Of a DNA stretch of 56,939 nucleotides, positions 12,047 to 25,799 are shown piece after piece. The notes under the pieces are model-generated. The model was not told the origin of the DNA. It did no database searches and was given only the letters and a program-made list of their open reading frames with translations. The stretch is from Girardia tigrina (taxonomy: Eukaryota). The stretch is from the NCBI GenBank assembly GCA_001938485.1, contig MQRK01230279.1, forward strand, positions 86,633 through 143,571. The letters are read 5' to 3'. A program made the translations under genes and the position numbers. Within the stretch, counting starts at the first letter, position 1, and every line of letters begins with the position of its first letter.

Positions 12047-13598
12047 TTGTGGTTTATGGCACCCGATGAAAGGAAGTATTATTCGTTGTCAGATGTTAGA
12101 TTAATACACCAAAGGAAAATTTTCAATAGACTCAAGGTCATTAGAATATTTAAACAAAAAGTTATTTCCAAAAAATCGTTTGTTTTATCGTTTTTGATTT
12201 CATGATTTTGTTTAAGTACCGGTAATTGGGAAAAATTGCAATTAAAGCGAAGTTATTTTTCAAAGAAAGTAATTTATAAGCTAGTAGATTTTTTTGTTTT
12301 TAGCATTTATTTGTTTAATCTTTGGTCAGTTAAAAAAATCCATTAATACAAAATAAATAAAAAAGTACAAATTTTTAAAGAAAAGTTCTTGAAAATTCCT
12401 GATACTGACGAAAAATGTTTTAAACTTGGGACTTTAAAATAAATATTCATAAAGTACTGAAAAAAACAATGCCAAATCAATAAATAATAATCAAAAGTGC
12501 CACCTGGGTCAGAAAGAATTTTGAATTTAAATTTTTTCCTGTTCGCTATACATTCAAACTCGGTTATCTCGAATCGTGTGGGGCGGAAAAAAATCTAGAT
12601 AACCGAGTGTGACTGTTTATGTCGGTGGAATTTTTACCATATTCAGGTAAAATTTTCAATAATTGTAATACATTGTATATGTGTAATATTAGAGTAAATT
12701 GAAATAAATAAATTTTATTTAAAACAAAAATATGTTTCTATATGTAACAATATTCAAACAAATATTCGTTAATAAAATATTTCAATATTAAATTAATATT
12801 CGTAAAATAAATATTTCATGTATTTCCCCATCCCCATCAGACCCTTACATAATCGGACCTAAATCCATGCCAGTCTTCTAAATACTTCGGTTTGCTCCAA
12901 ATGCGAAATCGAATATCTTTTGAATGGATGAAAAAAGTAACCTACAATTAAATTTTTAATTAACCCACAATGTAGGTTAATGAAACGTGTTCGCCATCCT
13001 AAAAACACGAGAGAGAGTGATTTAAGTTTGAGGAGGTACCTAAAAACGTACGAAAGTATTTGTTTCGCGATAAAATATCAATGATTCGTTCTTGCTGAAT
13101 TCATCAGATCCGAAAAATTACAATGATCAATTTAACGATAAAATCAAAGAAATCCGTTTGCGACGATTATTATAAGAAATGTAAAAGTTGTTTCAGAAAG
13201 TCTTTGAAATTTACAAAAGTTTGAATTTGAAAATGAATCGTTTTTTTGTGTTATGAGAAATGACGACAATTGTTCAGAATAGCTCGAAAGTATATGATTG
13301 ATTGATGGCAAAATTATTTGATTATTAAAAAAAACTTTTCGACGTTCGATTTGAAGAAGATCCGAAAATCTCTCCCGATATTTACATTTTAAAATTAAAA
13401 ATTTTATCGAAAATAATCTTTTTATTTGAAATTTTGAATATTATTTTTTTTGTTTGATCAAAGCAAATTGTTTAAATGTATAAAAATTATTATTTTCGGC
13501 GCAAGTTTTTATTGAATTTAAATGATAAAGAGTCGCCATTGAATTTGTGTGGTGTAAATAAATAAAAATTTTGCAAATTCGAATTTTTTACTGGTCTT

Positions 13599-14620
13599 TT
13601 GGTTTTTCTTATCGATAAAATTTTCTTAAAAATGAAATCAGTCACTCTAAAACTTAATATTCAACAAAATTCTCAAATGCCGAGCATTGCGAGTTTGGAG
13701 AGTGAAATTCAGAAAAATATGAAAATAAAAAAGAATAAAAAAAATAACCCCACGGTCTCGAACAAGCTAATTTCCTTTCTCAAACTAATGTCGACATATG
13801 TTCAACCCGATGTCCTTCTGCTTCCATCAAAAACAGACACACCGCGATCTCATCAGAATGACTCCTTCACATCTATACCAGTCGACAACAACATCGCGGA
13901 CTTCCCCCCGGGAATCGCGGCACTCGTCAATCTCGATATGTCGGGAAACGGTATCGAGTTCGTACCAGCGATGTTCGTGGATCTGTCGAATATGAGGTCA
14001 TTGAATCTGAGGATCAATCGAATCAGAGAGATCGCATCACTGGCCGGTCTCGTTTGTCTCCAGGAATTGTTTCTAGAACTTGTCGAAATCTTTCAAATGT
14101 CATATATGAAAGAAAACGAATTTTTCGATCATTTGGTGAATCTATTCGATCTGTTTGTGATATATCATCAGTTTCTTCGATCAAAGAGAGTTTGTGTTCC
14201 TGAAACCATTTACTCAAGTATAGCAAGTGCCAAATTCGATCAAAATTATTTCCACAGAATTCTATGACTGGAAGGAGTTCTTTGAAAAGGAAATCCAAGT
14301 GCGCGGAGATAAAAAAAAGCCAGAAGCAGACAGTGGTGAATGTCGATTTTTGAGTTCCCCGCGTCCCGCAATCCACCCCCTGTAGCCAGCCCGCCGCGAC
14401 CACCTCGCTGCGCCCGCTCTGGCACCATCAGTATTAAAAGTTCGACGGAAACAAAAAAATTATTGAAAAGAAAATTTTTTCGAATTTTAGTTTTAGTTTG
14501 TTATGGAACATTTCTCGTTTGTCTTCCGTTGGTCGAGAGTTCTAGATCTTCGAATCTCAGCTGCAACAATATCGAGCACATCACATTTTAATAATTTGCA
14601 AAGAACCAAAACATGAGCCA
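13599..14620 (+). pseudogene. Degenerate leucine-rich-repeat gene fragment with upstream CpG-containing AT-rich region
   Basis: LRR consensus LVNLDMSGNGIEFVP..LSNMRSLNLRINRIREI..LVCLQELFL. Downstream, L*LEGVL*KGNP and NLSCNNIEHI are separated by stops and frameshifts. Confidence 0.65.
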
Positions 14621-15683
14621 GAATCTCCTATTCTGAGGATCTTAGGTGACAATGAATATAAATTTTTACACGATTTCTTAATAAATCTCTTTCAATAATC
14701 AATGATTGTCCTTAACAAGAATATATGACTTTGACTTTAGAGTTCTTGCCTCTCAGAATGAGTCAATGTGCATGAAGTCTTATAGATTGATTATAATTAA
14801 TATTATTATGGTTAGCCCTTAGTAAATGTTTCATATAACCACAGATAAGCGGTCCACTGTAAAGGACTTTGTGGGAAATTTTATAAATGGGTGCAGCATC
14901 AATAGTTAAGAGACGATGAACACAATTAGGTCGCAAAAATTTATTTCATTACAGGGTTTCTTTTTTGAATTCGTATTCTGATTTGTGTTCTTGAGCACTG
15001 AGCAGATGGTTGAGTTCTTGGACACTGATAAGATGAGCAGCAGATGGTTCTTTGATGTTCATTGGAACTGAGGTGACCATTCAGTAGTTGAACACAAATG
15101 GTTACCTATCCGTCAGATATATGTTTGTGTGTTCATATCTGGAGCATAGATGAGAGAGGTTTTAGTCTCAGAAAGCATACAATCAAACACTTGTTACATT
15201 CACTCTTTCAATCATATTCAATAATCATCTAATACATTGTTTGTCCATCATTAATCTTTTTTGTTATTAATTGATACATAGTGTGTTGTATGACTCAACC
15301 AAGATTAATTTAATATAACGTTGAATTACTTTTGGTTTGGATTGAGTAATAATAATAGGTATTGTAAGACCTTTCATTGGGGGATATTCCTTGTACTAAC
15401 CATAAATCTTTTCAATAAAGATTTTACAGTTTTAGTCTCAGAAAGTCAACAATGAAACCCTTATACTAATTACTCTGAACCAGATATAAGCTAACAAAAT
15501 AAGACATCGGAAGAAAAAAAGTAAAAACTGCTAACACGATTTGATATTGGCTTTTATATTGGGTCATAAGTCAAACCATCAGATATTGCTCTGATTACTG
15601 AGGTTGAACTCTCTGTCATAAATATAACAGCTCGTTAATATTGTTGACTCATGAATCTACAGTCGCTCTCATCTCTCATTCCT

Positions 15684-17070
15684 TGTAGCAACCAATATGT
15701 GTGCCGATGATACACGAATGCGGCTATTCTCTGTAGAGTCTATTTCTAGACAGAGTTCTATTTTTAGAAACAAATTTTCAAGCGATTCTCCACTATTGAT
15801 TAATCGCATCGGATATTTTTCTCGGGTTTTTTTCATTTAATAATCTGGACTGATGTCTCGGCATAGGGTAATTCATATTCATTGTGAGAACGGAGACAAC
15901 GACGACGAAACTTAACTCTCTCCCTAGACTGTCAAAGTAGGATAAAATCAAAGGTTAGTTAGAATTATTTATTAAGCAAACCATACTCATAATATACATA
16001 TATTTAGATTAATCAAATAGAGATGAAACGATAAAACGAGAATAATTATAAACAAAAACTTAATTACAGTATACTTGGTATCCGGGAATGATCCTTAGTT
16101 CCTTACGATTTTCTGCTTCGTGCCTTATTGAATAGTTCGTGCTGTTTAACGCTGCCAATGACTTGAAGGTTTGAATCTATCGGATATCTCGATTAATAGC
16201 TGCTCGATTTAATTCTCGCTCTCTTCGATTTGTTATCCAAATGGTTCGTTATTATTAAAATGTTTTTATTAAAAGGTTCTGTTCTTTCTGCAAATCACCG
16301 TCATATTTATAACAGCGATTGTATGCCTGACTTTATCGTGGAGATATTCTATTGGTGGAGCTTGTTGATTCTTGGTTTTTATTTGACGGGGTCTACCACA
16401 CATTCCGGTTTCTAGCAGTGCTCCCATTATTCTCGGAACGCGTGATCTGTATTATTCATGGATGAATCATGCTGATTAATCGCATGATGGTTTCGCGGTT
16501 GACTCATGCAGGTTTTTTAATTAATTCTTCTTATATTTTAAATAATTTCTTAATTTTGCAGGGGCTATAACTCCGTTCGGGAATATGTTATCGTCTCGCG
16601 GGTCTCACCCATGGACTCGGTTCACTGAGAGCTCTTTGGAGAGGTTCTTGTGACCCTCTATGCCTACGGGGAAGATCAGTAAGAGCTTTGTTATTTTCTG
16701 GGTTCTTTTCTAATTAACTTTTGCGCTTTTAAGGTTTATAACTTCTCTCGGGGCTGTGTGATCTGTTGGAGAATTATTGCAGGGCGGTTGTCAGATTCCT
16801 CTCAACGGGTGAGTTTTCAAATGGCTCTGACCGTTTTTCTTTATGTTGTGTTTTTAGCTTTACAATGTTCGCGATGTTTCATGGAGAATTCAAGAGCACG
16901 GAATTACACTTAACTTTGTCATGACTTTTAAATAAATGTATAGAGTCTCGTGGTGTTTCTTTTTCCCGCTTTATAAATGATTTTCTGTGATTGTACTACG
17001 TGTCAATATGTAAATGTATGAATGAATCCTCGAACGCAACACAAATAATGATTTTTGGTTCTTAAATTGC
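15684..17070. mobile_element. Probable nested LTR fragments
   Basis: Non-coding and GC-richer, with LTR-like ends (TGTAGCAACC at 15684; minus AGTTATAGCCC at 16572; minus purine tract AGGGAGAG near 15920). No TSD could be assigned. Confidence 0.3.
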
Positions 17071-17480
17071 TACCAACCGTTAAACTCTCGTCGTTATACG
17101 CTACTTCCATCCCATCGTTTGGATAATCAAATGGAAGTTATGAATATAGATATACTCTGTGTAAATGTGTTATCAATAATCATTCTGATTTATAAATAGA
17201 CCTCAAATATTTTGAAACGTAATATCAAGTATTTATGTATCTAGTAGTCATAGAGAGGTGGTGAAAGTCTTATAGGAAATTAAAGTTATCACCTTTACAA
17301 GAAGACATACACATTCGTACCCGGAAAATTCATATTTTGTGGCCCCCATGCTCTCTGAGTAATATGGCTTATTTCGTGTGATAACGCATTTCTGATGCTG
17401 ATAGACAATATTTTTAACAACTGATTGGAAATTAGTGAGTTTTCTGGTGATGGTCAGATAGTCTTCTGTCATATTATAGA
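17070..17480 (-). mobile_element. Degenerate LTR-retrotransposon (BEL/Pao-like) integrase fragment
   Basis: VVKNIVYQHQKCV (zinc-binding-like), CVCLLV, RMIIDN (SDN-like) and W.G motifs across broken frames. Confidence 0.4.
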
Positions 17481-18123
17481 TTGTAATGCGGCTTTGTGTG
17501 TCAATTTTACTTATTCTCTAATTAATTTATTAATTCTATTTTAAATTGACAATACAAATTACGATTTTCGCGTTTTTACTCTCACGGCTCGACTATTCGC
17601 TATCTCCGGACATATTGTAATAGTTATCTAGTAAAAAATTAACAAATAAGTACCTTGTGTTTGTTGCATGTGCAATAAATTATAATTTTCCATATTTTTT
17701 TTTAAAATGGACTTAGACTTTTTTTTACTCTTTAAGTCTAGATGCACTGCGTATGAGGTATGTTCGATGTGCGTTTTGTTTGTAAGATAGTTAGAAATTT
17801 ATTTATTAAAATTAAGACTTCGTTATTGCAGTGACTTAGTTTTAATATCTGTTTAAATGTATTTTATGACTTTTGATTAGTTATTTATTTTTAGTATGAA
17901 AGTTATTATAAAATTCTGATACTTCACTCTTAATTACAAGAGACTGTACACATATGTGTCAAAGCTTGAGACAGCTTTTTTTCTTTGAAAAACTCGAAAC
18001 AAAATATTTTTAGAGCGTTATATCAATTATTGATATAGTCTACATCATAAATAAATCAATTGATGTAGAAATCCAATAGAAATTATATCATAATTAAGAA
18101 AAGTAAAAAAGATTAGAATCTCA

Positions 18124-19248
18124 ATGATTCCATTTCTAAACAAGGTGCAAGAATGTTTCAAGATAGTCGGTGAATTATTATTTTCCATGAACAGAGTCGA
18201 TAAAAGTTGTCAGTTGACATTCAAACATGATAATAATGAAATGAAAATGTATTTCCTCTCAAAACAATCATTTCTGATCATTCTCACGATTATTAAAAGT
18301 TACATTACAAACGTTTTTACAGAAGATAGCTTTCTTGAAGATAAACTCGATGAAATTTTAGTGAAACTTCTGGAAATTATCAAGTTCATATCAGATGATC
18401 CGCATATTGATTATAGAAAATATAAGAAATTAAAAAAACTACAAAATTCCTATGAAAAAAGTATTCAAGATTACAAACAACCGGCTGAGAATAGAACATA
18501 CTCGAGAACATATTTCAAGAATCACGTAATGAAAATCTTGAGCGATTATGCAGTAGAAATATCGAAAAATTCCGACAAAATTCTTAATCAAAATGTTTTT
18601 GAAGGCGAACCGTTCGTTCCGAACAACATATTGTCGTACATAAACGATTCTGTTTCGCTAAATATCATTAACAATAAAAGTTTCTCGAGTATCATTGAAA
18701 AATTTCTTATTTGTGAAGATTTAATTTTTGTTAATTTGACTCGATTTCGAGAAAGATTGTTTTATTTATCCGACAATGATACTCTCAGTGGGATAGACGA
18801 CAAATTAACCTTTGTGGATAATTTCGACGTATCCCAATGTCTGTCAGTAGCGAGAAATAAATCACCACAATATCTCAGACCAAACGATTATTCTCCATCA
18901 ACATTTCAGCGAGACCACACATTAATAACCATGAGTAAATCAATCACAACTGTTTTTTATCCATCATCAAAGGACGACAATCAAGAGATTCTTTGGAAAG
19001 CTTGCGATAAATGGGAAATTTTGAAACCTCAATTTTCGGAAGTTTTAGTTTCAGGTGTCAACAATGAAAGTGAAAATCGAAACGTGTTTGAAAAGTATAA
19101 AAATGACAAAGATACTCATTCTACAAATGGCATGAAGACTGATAAAATCGGTATGACAGAAGTTAATGACAAAAATGATCCATCAATTCATGAATTTAAT
19201 TGGACTAAGGAATATCCTACAATATTGAAGGAAATTACATTTCTTTAA
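18124..19248 (+). CDS. Hypothetical protein, 374 aa, no recognisable family
   Basis: Longest uninterrupted ORF in the window; AATAAA just after the stop (19254); possible 5'-UTR intron GTATGT(17758)..TTTTAG(17894). Confidence 0.6.
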   Translation: MIPFLNKVQECFKIVGELLFSMNRVDKSCQLTFKHDNNEMKMYFLSKQSFLIILTIIKSYITNVFTEDSFLEDKLDEILVKLLEIIKFISDDPHIDYRKYKKLKKLQNSYEKSIQDYKQPAENRTYSRTYFKNHVMKILSDYAVEISKNSDKILNQNVFEGEPFVPNNILSYINDSVSLNIINNKSFSSIIEKFLICEDLIFVNLTRFRERLFYLSDNDTLSGIDDKLTFVDNFDVSQCLSVARNKSPQYLRPNDYSPSTFQRDHTLITMSKSITTVFYPSSKDDNQEILWKACDKWEILKPQFSEVLVSGVNNESENRNVFEKYKNDKDTHSTNGMKTDKIGMTEVNDKNDPSIHEFNWTKEYPTILKEITFL

Positions 19249-19587
19249 CATTAATAAATATTTATTAGTCTGCTTTTATTAAGATAATCATTCTCTGATA
19301 AGTTTGTTTCTTATGTGTTTTATAATAGTTAATACTAAAATCTATAATGAAATTTGAATATATGCAAACAGAAGTTCACATGATTAAAAAATCAGTGAAA
19401 TGAGCATAAATTAACTAAGGGAATAGAAGGAATGCACCCATTTTCCTATTCTCTCTTCGATGCATTTAGAAGGTAAAATTGTTGAGGTGCTGTTCGAGTT
19501 GTTGGGGAAAACTAAAGATAATACAATTAACTCATCACGTTCACTGTTTATGGTTACATCAAACTCCATCAAATTTTTGATATTAAC

Positions 19588-20456
19588 TGTGAGGGTGACC
19601 GTGCTTACACTAATAATACACTAATAATAATAATAATAATAATACACTAATGTATGTTAAAACCTGAAAACCAAATTGATCAAACGAAAGTACGTCTTTG
19701 ATCAATTAAGTTTTTTTTGATGTAAAAATATATTTAAAACAAACGTATAAACGATGAACTTTAATCTTGATTCGAACAATAATCACAGTCGAAATAATAT
19801 TCGTCAATATTTGAAAAAACAAAAAAATAACGTCACTTTATGCCGAAAATGAGATAATACGAACTTCAATATCTGATGGCTTTTAAATCATTTCTTTATT
19901 TTCTTTCTTGTCTTCAATCGTAATAATTTAATGCGTCGAAAGGCGAAATGAAGAGAATGTCCACAGCTAAAAGGCTGATATCAAAAATAAATCGCAGCGA
20001 CTTTATGATTAGTAATTGCCAACAGTTAATAATTATTAATGATTTTTTTATGGATTACTTTTTGAACTTTTAATTCTCATAGTAATTCTATGGAGATATA
20101 ATTATAATTTTATATAATTGTATTTCTTGTTTTTCTCCATTATTTTTAGACTTCTTCTCTCTCTTGAACGACTTCTTCTTGAACTTCTCTCTTGAACTTC
20201 TTCTTCGTCTTTATAATAAAAATAATTTTCTTTTTCTTTCAGACAAAATAACCCAAATAAACAAAATAAATAAAAATAAAGTAATCTACAAATCTCATCT
20301 GTAAATGTTTGAACATCATCACATAACAAAGAGGTATTAAAAAAATTGAAAGCGAAGGAATTCTGCACAAATAAAACAAAGGGTAGAAATAAAGTTAAAG
20401 AGAAATCAAATCATATTAACTTTCTTTGTCACTCATGAAATAAGTAGGGCACTACA
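19588..20456 (-). mobile_element. Solo LTR (869 bp) with 5-bp TSD
   Basis: TG...CA ends (TGTGAGG / GCACTACA); TTAAC at 19583-19587 and 20457-20461. Minus-strand TATAAAG near 20212 is followed by a purine-rich GAAGTTCAAGA repeat tract. Confidence 0.75.
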
Positions 20457-20502
20457 TTAACTTTATTTTAAATGATTTAAAACATTTTATTAACCATATT
20501 TA

Positions 20503-21690
20503 CGTGGGCTGCCCGAAAAGTTATTAGCCTAACAATGAAAAACAAAATTTAAATGTAAAAAGATACATTTATTTTTTAAAATAATCTCCCAAAACATTAA
20601 TACATATATTCCAACGTTTTTCTAACAACTCTATCCTTTTATTAAAATGATTTGCCTCGAACTCTGCAAAATAACCGTTTACAGCTGCAATAGCTTCATC
20701 ATTTGATGTGAAAAGCTTTCCTGTAAGGAAATTTTTTAGGTTAGGAAACAAATAATAGTCCTGAGAGCCATATCTGTGGAATAATCTGGATGATCAAGCA
20801 ATTCGTACTTCAATTCATTCAATTTAGCCATCGTCAAACCATTACATTGTCTTGAAGTAAAAAGTGTTTTTCTTCTTCAAACCATGTCTTTTTTAACGCA
20901 TTATTGCATCCAGTTGATCCAAAAGTCTTGAGTAATATTCTAAGTTGACTGTTTTACCTTTCTCAAGATAATCGATCAATAAAACACCTTTATAATCCCA
21001 AAACATTGCTGTCATAACCTTCTTGGCTGAATAAACTGTTTAGCCTACCTTGATGAACTTTGGCCACCTCCAATCCATTGTTTTGACTATTGTTTTGTTT
21101 CTCGTATATAATGATGGATCCATATTTCATCCACAATTATAAAAGGACGTTTAAAATCCACTTTATTTTGCCTAAAACGATCCAAACAAGCTTGAGAATT
21201 TCTCATTTAAAAGCGTTTGTAATCGATTGTAAACAAATGCGGCACATATCTTGCACAAATCTATTTCATATGTAATTCTTCACGCAAAATATATCAAACT
21301 CGATCTTTTGAGATGCCTATGACATCCGCTATTTCACTTACTTGGACACGTCGATCATCTAATACCGTATCATGTACTTCACGAACGATTTCTAGCGTTT
21401 TCGCAGTTTTTGGACGTTCACTACGTGGTTCATCCTTTAAAAGACCACTCTTAAATTCTGAAATCATTTTTTTTACTGTGGTATACGAAGGAGCACTTTC
21501 TCGTAACACATTCACCATATCAGTATGATTTTCCTCTACTTTTAATCCTTTCATAAATAAATATTCAATTACCACCCGATTTTTGAATTTATCCATTACT
21601 AAAAAAGTCAATATCAAGTCCATTTTTAATGGCTTTTAAACAAAGAAAGAAATGATACATAATTATTAAGAACACTAATTGGATTTTTCA
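20503..21690 (-). mobile_element. Mariner element, degenerate transposase
   Basis: TA + TIR CGTGGGCTGCCCGAAAAGTT. MDKFKNRVVIEYLFMKG..PSYTTVKK..DEPRSERP; LFPNLKNFLTGK.FTSNDEAIAAV...KRWNICINVLGDYF. Confidence 0.88.
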
Positions 21691-21699
21691 TACATTTAT

Positions 21700-22275
21700 T
21701 TGTGAAGAGGCGGTACTGCAAGTTCAAAGAAGGTGACTGTGAATTTGAAGATGCTCCAAGATCTGGACGTCCTTCGAAGAGTCTAGAAGACAGAATTGAA
21801 GATCAACTGATGATGAATAAACGGGCAACAACTCGAGTGATCGTAGAAGAAATTGGTGAGTGTCACTAAACAGTGTGTTGGTGCTTACAGAATATGGACA
21901 AACGGTATTTGGATAATGTCTTGATCCCACATCAATTGAGTGATTCGAACAAACAACGTCGAGTCAAACTAACTGCTAGAAATGTTGCCGAAGAATAACT
22001 TTTAAAACCAGATGATTCTCGAGCACCATTTATCAGGCAAATATTTTGAAAACGAAGCCGAAGTTACCGCAGAGCTTGACATTCGGTTTGCTTCGTGGCC
22101 GAAGGATTTCTTCCGTGAAGGTATCCAGAAGCTGTCAGACAGATGAGGACGATGTATCAACAATTCCGTCAATTATTTTCAACATTTAAGTTCACATGAT
22201 TGATCATCCAGTTAGTTATTGACATTTTCAAATGCATTATTTGTTAAGAGCGTTAATACTTTTGTTACAACTGTC
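21700..22275 (+). mobile_element. Second mariner family, internally deleted fragment
   Basis: KFKEGDCEFEDAPRSGRP; PHQLSDSNKQRR; WFASWPKDFFREGIQKLSDR*GRCI. Confidence 0.75.
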
Positions 22276-23619
22276 AATTATTTTTAACTTAACTTTATTT
22301 TTCAAATTTACCTGACAATCTTTGTTTTTAAAATTAATGTTTTGTATCAAAATTTTTAAATTTTATTTTTAAACCAATATCATTCCTCTTTTCGTAAAAT
22401 TTTTTTGAACTTTTCTACATTCTCATCATCTGTTTCTTGTACAATATATATATATATATATACGGAGCAGGACAACTCACAGCAGAAAATTCGCCACAGG
22501 CAACTAATCTTTAAAATTTGATTTTTGTCATTGTATTCAAACTTTATTTTTGATCTTTGTGAATTAATTAATTATAATTTTCCTACAATCCGAAAATAAT
22601 TTAAAATGTAATATAAAATCTATTCTTTTAATATATAACATATTAATTTCTTTAAAATTGTTTCGTCTTTTCAGTATTCTATATAAATTTATTCCTTCTT
22701 TTATTTCTTTTTAACCTTTTCAAATTATACTGTATAAATATGTGTCACGTATATTTAAAAAATAAGAAAATTTCTTTAAAAATAAAATTTTCAAAATGTT
22801 TGACTTTTATCATTTTTAATGTATTTTACATTTCTACAAAAAAGCAAGCGTCAATGACACGAGTTCATTCAGATAACATATGAAAGCCTTACGATTATAG
22901 GCAAATTCTTTTATTAAAAAAATGTTTATAATATTACAAACACAAAAAAAGCTTTTATAAATAAAACATAGATAAAAGTATTTGCACATTGGATTAAATT
23001 AGGTGAAAACACTAATACAGTAGTCGGCCTTTTTAGGGACACTTTTTAGAAAATCGTACCTATTAAACAGCCATGTCTCTAATATTTTTATAATTAATTA
23101 ACAGTTAAAATCCAATTAAATTTATAAAATATATATTGTGTATTTTATTTTTGACCTTTTAAAGGCAAAAAATAATATACTGTACATAATTGTATATTAA
23201 TAAACAAGGATAAATCGAATTGTGCACTCCTTAAAAGAAAATCATGGCACAACTGAATTGAAACCAAAAAGTATTCTGAAACGTCATAATAAGGTAGAAC
23301 TCCCAATCATTAAAGAGACAAAAGATTTTGAAAATGCCGAACGTATAGACGAGGATGAAATTTGATGGAACCAGAAGAAGAAAATCGACTCATTTTCCAA
23401 TAATAAGCATTGAAAAGTACCTTGAATGCCCTTGGTAGAATGAATAATAAATTTATTATAATATATGTATCAGGTCGGGATGATTTTTTATCTTTACAAA
23501 GTTTTATTTGGAGTTCTATTTCCTTATTTTAATATTAGGCCACCAACTTATGATTACGACACTTTGCCGACCATTTTTATGATAATAAGTTTAACCTATT
23601 ATTTTTATATGGAAAAATA

Positions 23620-23709
23620 TCTGTTACGTTACGCCTAGAGGGGAATCCAAAGTTTTGTTACGGTCTATTACAGGGAGGCAGAGGGGAACTAGTATTATGC
23701 GAACGAGCC
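23620..23709. mobile_element. Orphan Zator-like right terminus
   Basis: TGTTACGTTACG..GGGG..TTTTGTTACGG..GGGG..ATTATGCGAACGAGCC resembles the right end of the Zator at 55650-55760. Confidence 0.5.
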
Positions 23710-25328
23710 ATAGTAACTTATAATTTGTTTAAAACTTAACAGTAGAAAAATCATATTAAAAATTTTAAATGGTTATTTAATGAAGTATCACAAACTTACA
23801 TAGAAAATTAAGAAACTGAACGCGCTATTTATTAAAATTTATTTATAAAACTTTTCAAATTTATCTAAGGGGGTACAAACCACCCTAAATTTGTTACCTT
23901 AGTATTATTTTTTTAAATTTGTAATTCGCAAATGATGTTTATATTTTTAAAAATTATTGACAAGTTGACAACATAGCAAATTTTCTGAAGACTTCTGTTC
24001 AAAAATTCACAAAGTTCAAAACCACTGGTAGAGAGCAGTATTCAAATTTATTTTAAAAAAGATTGATTTTTAAGTCTTTTATCTCACCAGATCAATTTTA
24101 AAAAATTATGAAAATTCCGAATGATAAAATGATTTTCGTCATAACATTATTTACTGATTTCATGATGACCGATTTTGTACAAAATAGTTTTACAATATTT
24201 AATTTTCTATTATATTTAACTTAAATCGAAAAATATTCATAAAGATTAATTATAACTTTATGAAGACTTGCCTTCGATTTCCATTAGAACTTAAATTATG
24301 AACTTTTTTTTAACTTTTCCCTATCGACACGGATACGTGACAAAATCCACGGTGTAAAATTAAATTGTTCCATTATCCAATTTTAAAAAAATAATTAAAT
24401 ATTTACATTCATATTAAACCCTGATGAAATCGAATAATAAAACTGATGCTAATACATAGTTTTGCACTGTGGAACAATGTAAACAGTGTTTAAGTGGGAA
24501 TTAATATGCTATTCTACACTAGTAATAAGTTTATTTTATACAAATGCAGTGAGATGTGGTAGAAAGGACATAATTGGCTCTAGACTCTGACCATCATATA
24601 TTTAGTACAATGAGCTAACTGTAACACTACATGTGTTTGGAAACACAGGGTTCCAGAGCCATTTATGATCCGAAAAATAGACCAATCTAATACTACGCAA
24701 TATGCACCACCCATTTTTCATGCACCAGTGGAAACATTCACCATATGCATTTTTAAATAACGTATCATAACCCGAAATAAACATCTACGAAAGGTGTTGT
24801 TATCATGCCGATTTACAAATGTATTATTTAATATCAATTGAGATGATGCAACAATTTATTTACTTTCACATTCAATTGTACATGCATTTGCTATAGAAAT
24901 TTATAAATAAAATAAACCCAAAACAAAAAAGAACTCTAAAAAAGTCCAATTATGATTAATTTCAATCAATAAAGGAAGCATCAGAAAGATTTAAACGTAA
25001 ATTTCGTCCTTTGGAAAAGTGTATTTACAATTTTTATTTACAAAGACTAACGAGAAATAACTATAAAAAATATATACTTTTTTTGAGTACTACAAAAAAA
25101 TAAATTTTCACAACAAAAAGTTACACAAACGAGCACAAAAAAATATAAACGTTTAAATATCAGTTTTAAAAACACCGATATTTGTATTTTTTTAGTAATA
25201 TGTGATTTTTTATCAATACTTTAAATATTTGTCGAATATAGTAAATATATAATAATTACAGATTATAAAAATGAATTTTTTTACGTAATTCTGATCATTA
25301 AACTCGATCAATAAGAAAATTAAACAAA

Positions 25329-25799
25329 TTAATTAATGAAAGATAATCCATTGACTTGGTAGTATGATTGAAGACGCTTGATTTTTGCTCTTACAGCTTG
25401 AGGTGTTCGACGTTTAGAGAGGTAGGAATTAGTAAGCCTAGATCTCACTTCTCCAAGACCGGGACACAGACCTCGACGAAAATAATCTTCGAAAAGTTTG
25501 ATAATCATCTGAACCTCTTCAGTGTTAAAGCGACTAGAGACTGTTACAGTAGGATTAGAATTATGCAATTCCCCTGGCTGACAAGGTTTGACTAAGTAAC
25601 TGATAGTTTTGTGCTCTCGGTCAATAAATTCGTACAGACCGCTGTTCGTGGTTGCTGTGTTATGATTATAAGTCAAAAGCGAATTATTTTCTGTTCCACT
25701 GCTGCTGCTTTGAACAGCTTCTGATTCGAGTGTCATATCTCTTATTTGATTCTCATCTTGGATATCATTTATCCATTGTTGGACAAACTGCATTCTCTC
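25329..25799 (-). CDS. Terminal exon encoding a C-terminal Myb/SANT-like helix-turn-helix (probably exon 3 of the gene starting at 40100)
   Basis: ttttcag|GAG AGA ATG acceptor (phase 0), 156 codons plus TAA. Ends RFNTEEVQMIIKLFEDYF...P...VRSRL...RRTPQAVRAKIKRL. Confidence 0.7.
   Translation of the reverse strand, partial: ERMQFVQQWINDIQDENQIRDMTLESEAVQSSSSGTENNSLLTYNHNTATTNSGLYEFIDREHKTISYLVKPCQPGELHNSNPTVTVSSRFNTEEVQMIIKLFEDYFRRGLCPGLGEVRSRLTNSYLSKRRTPQAVRAKIKRLQSYYQVNGLSFIN

Noticed and set aside
20102-20368. ORF with an RS-rich tract resembling an SR protein
   Set aside because: It lies within a TSD-flanked solo LTR, and the RS tract is the translation of a purine-rich post-TATA repeat.
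24460-24830. Cys/Trp-rich exon-like stretch
   Set aside because: Stops in all longer frames and no recognisable family; possibly old TE debris, so not called.
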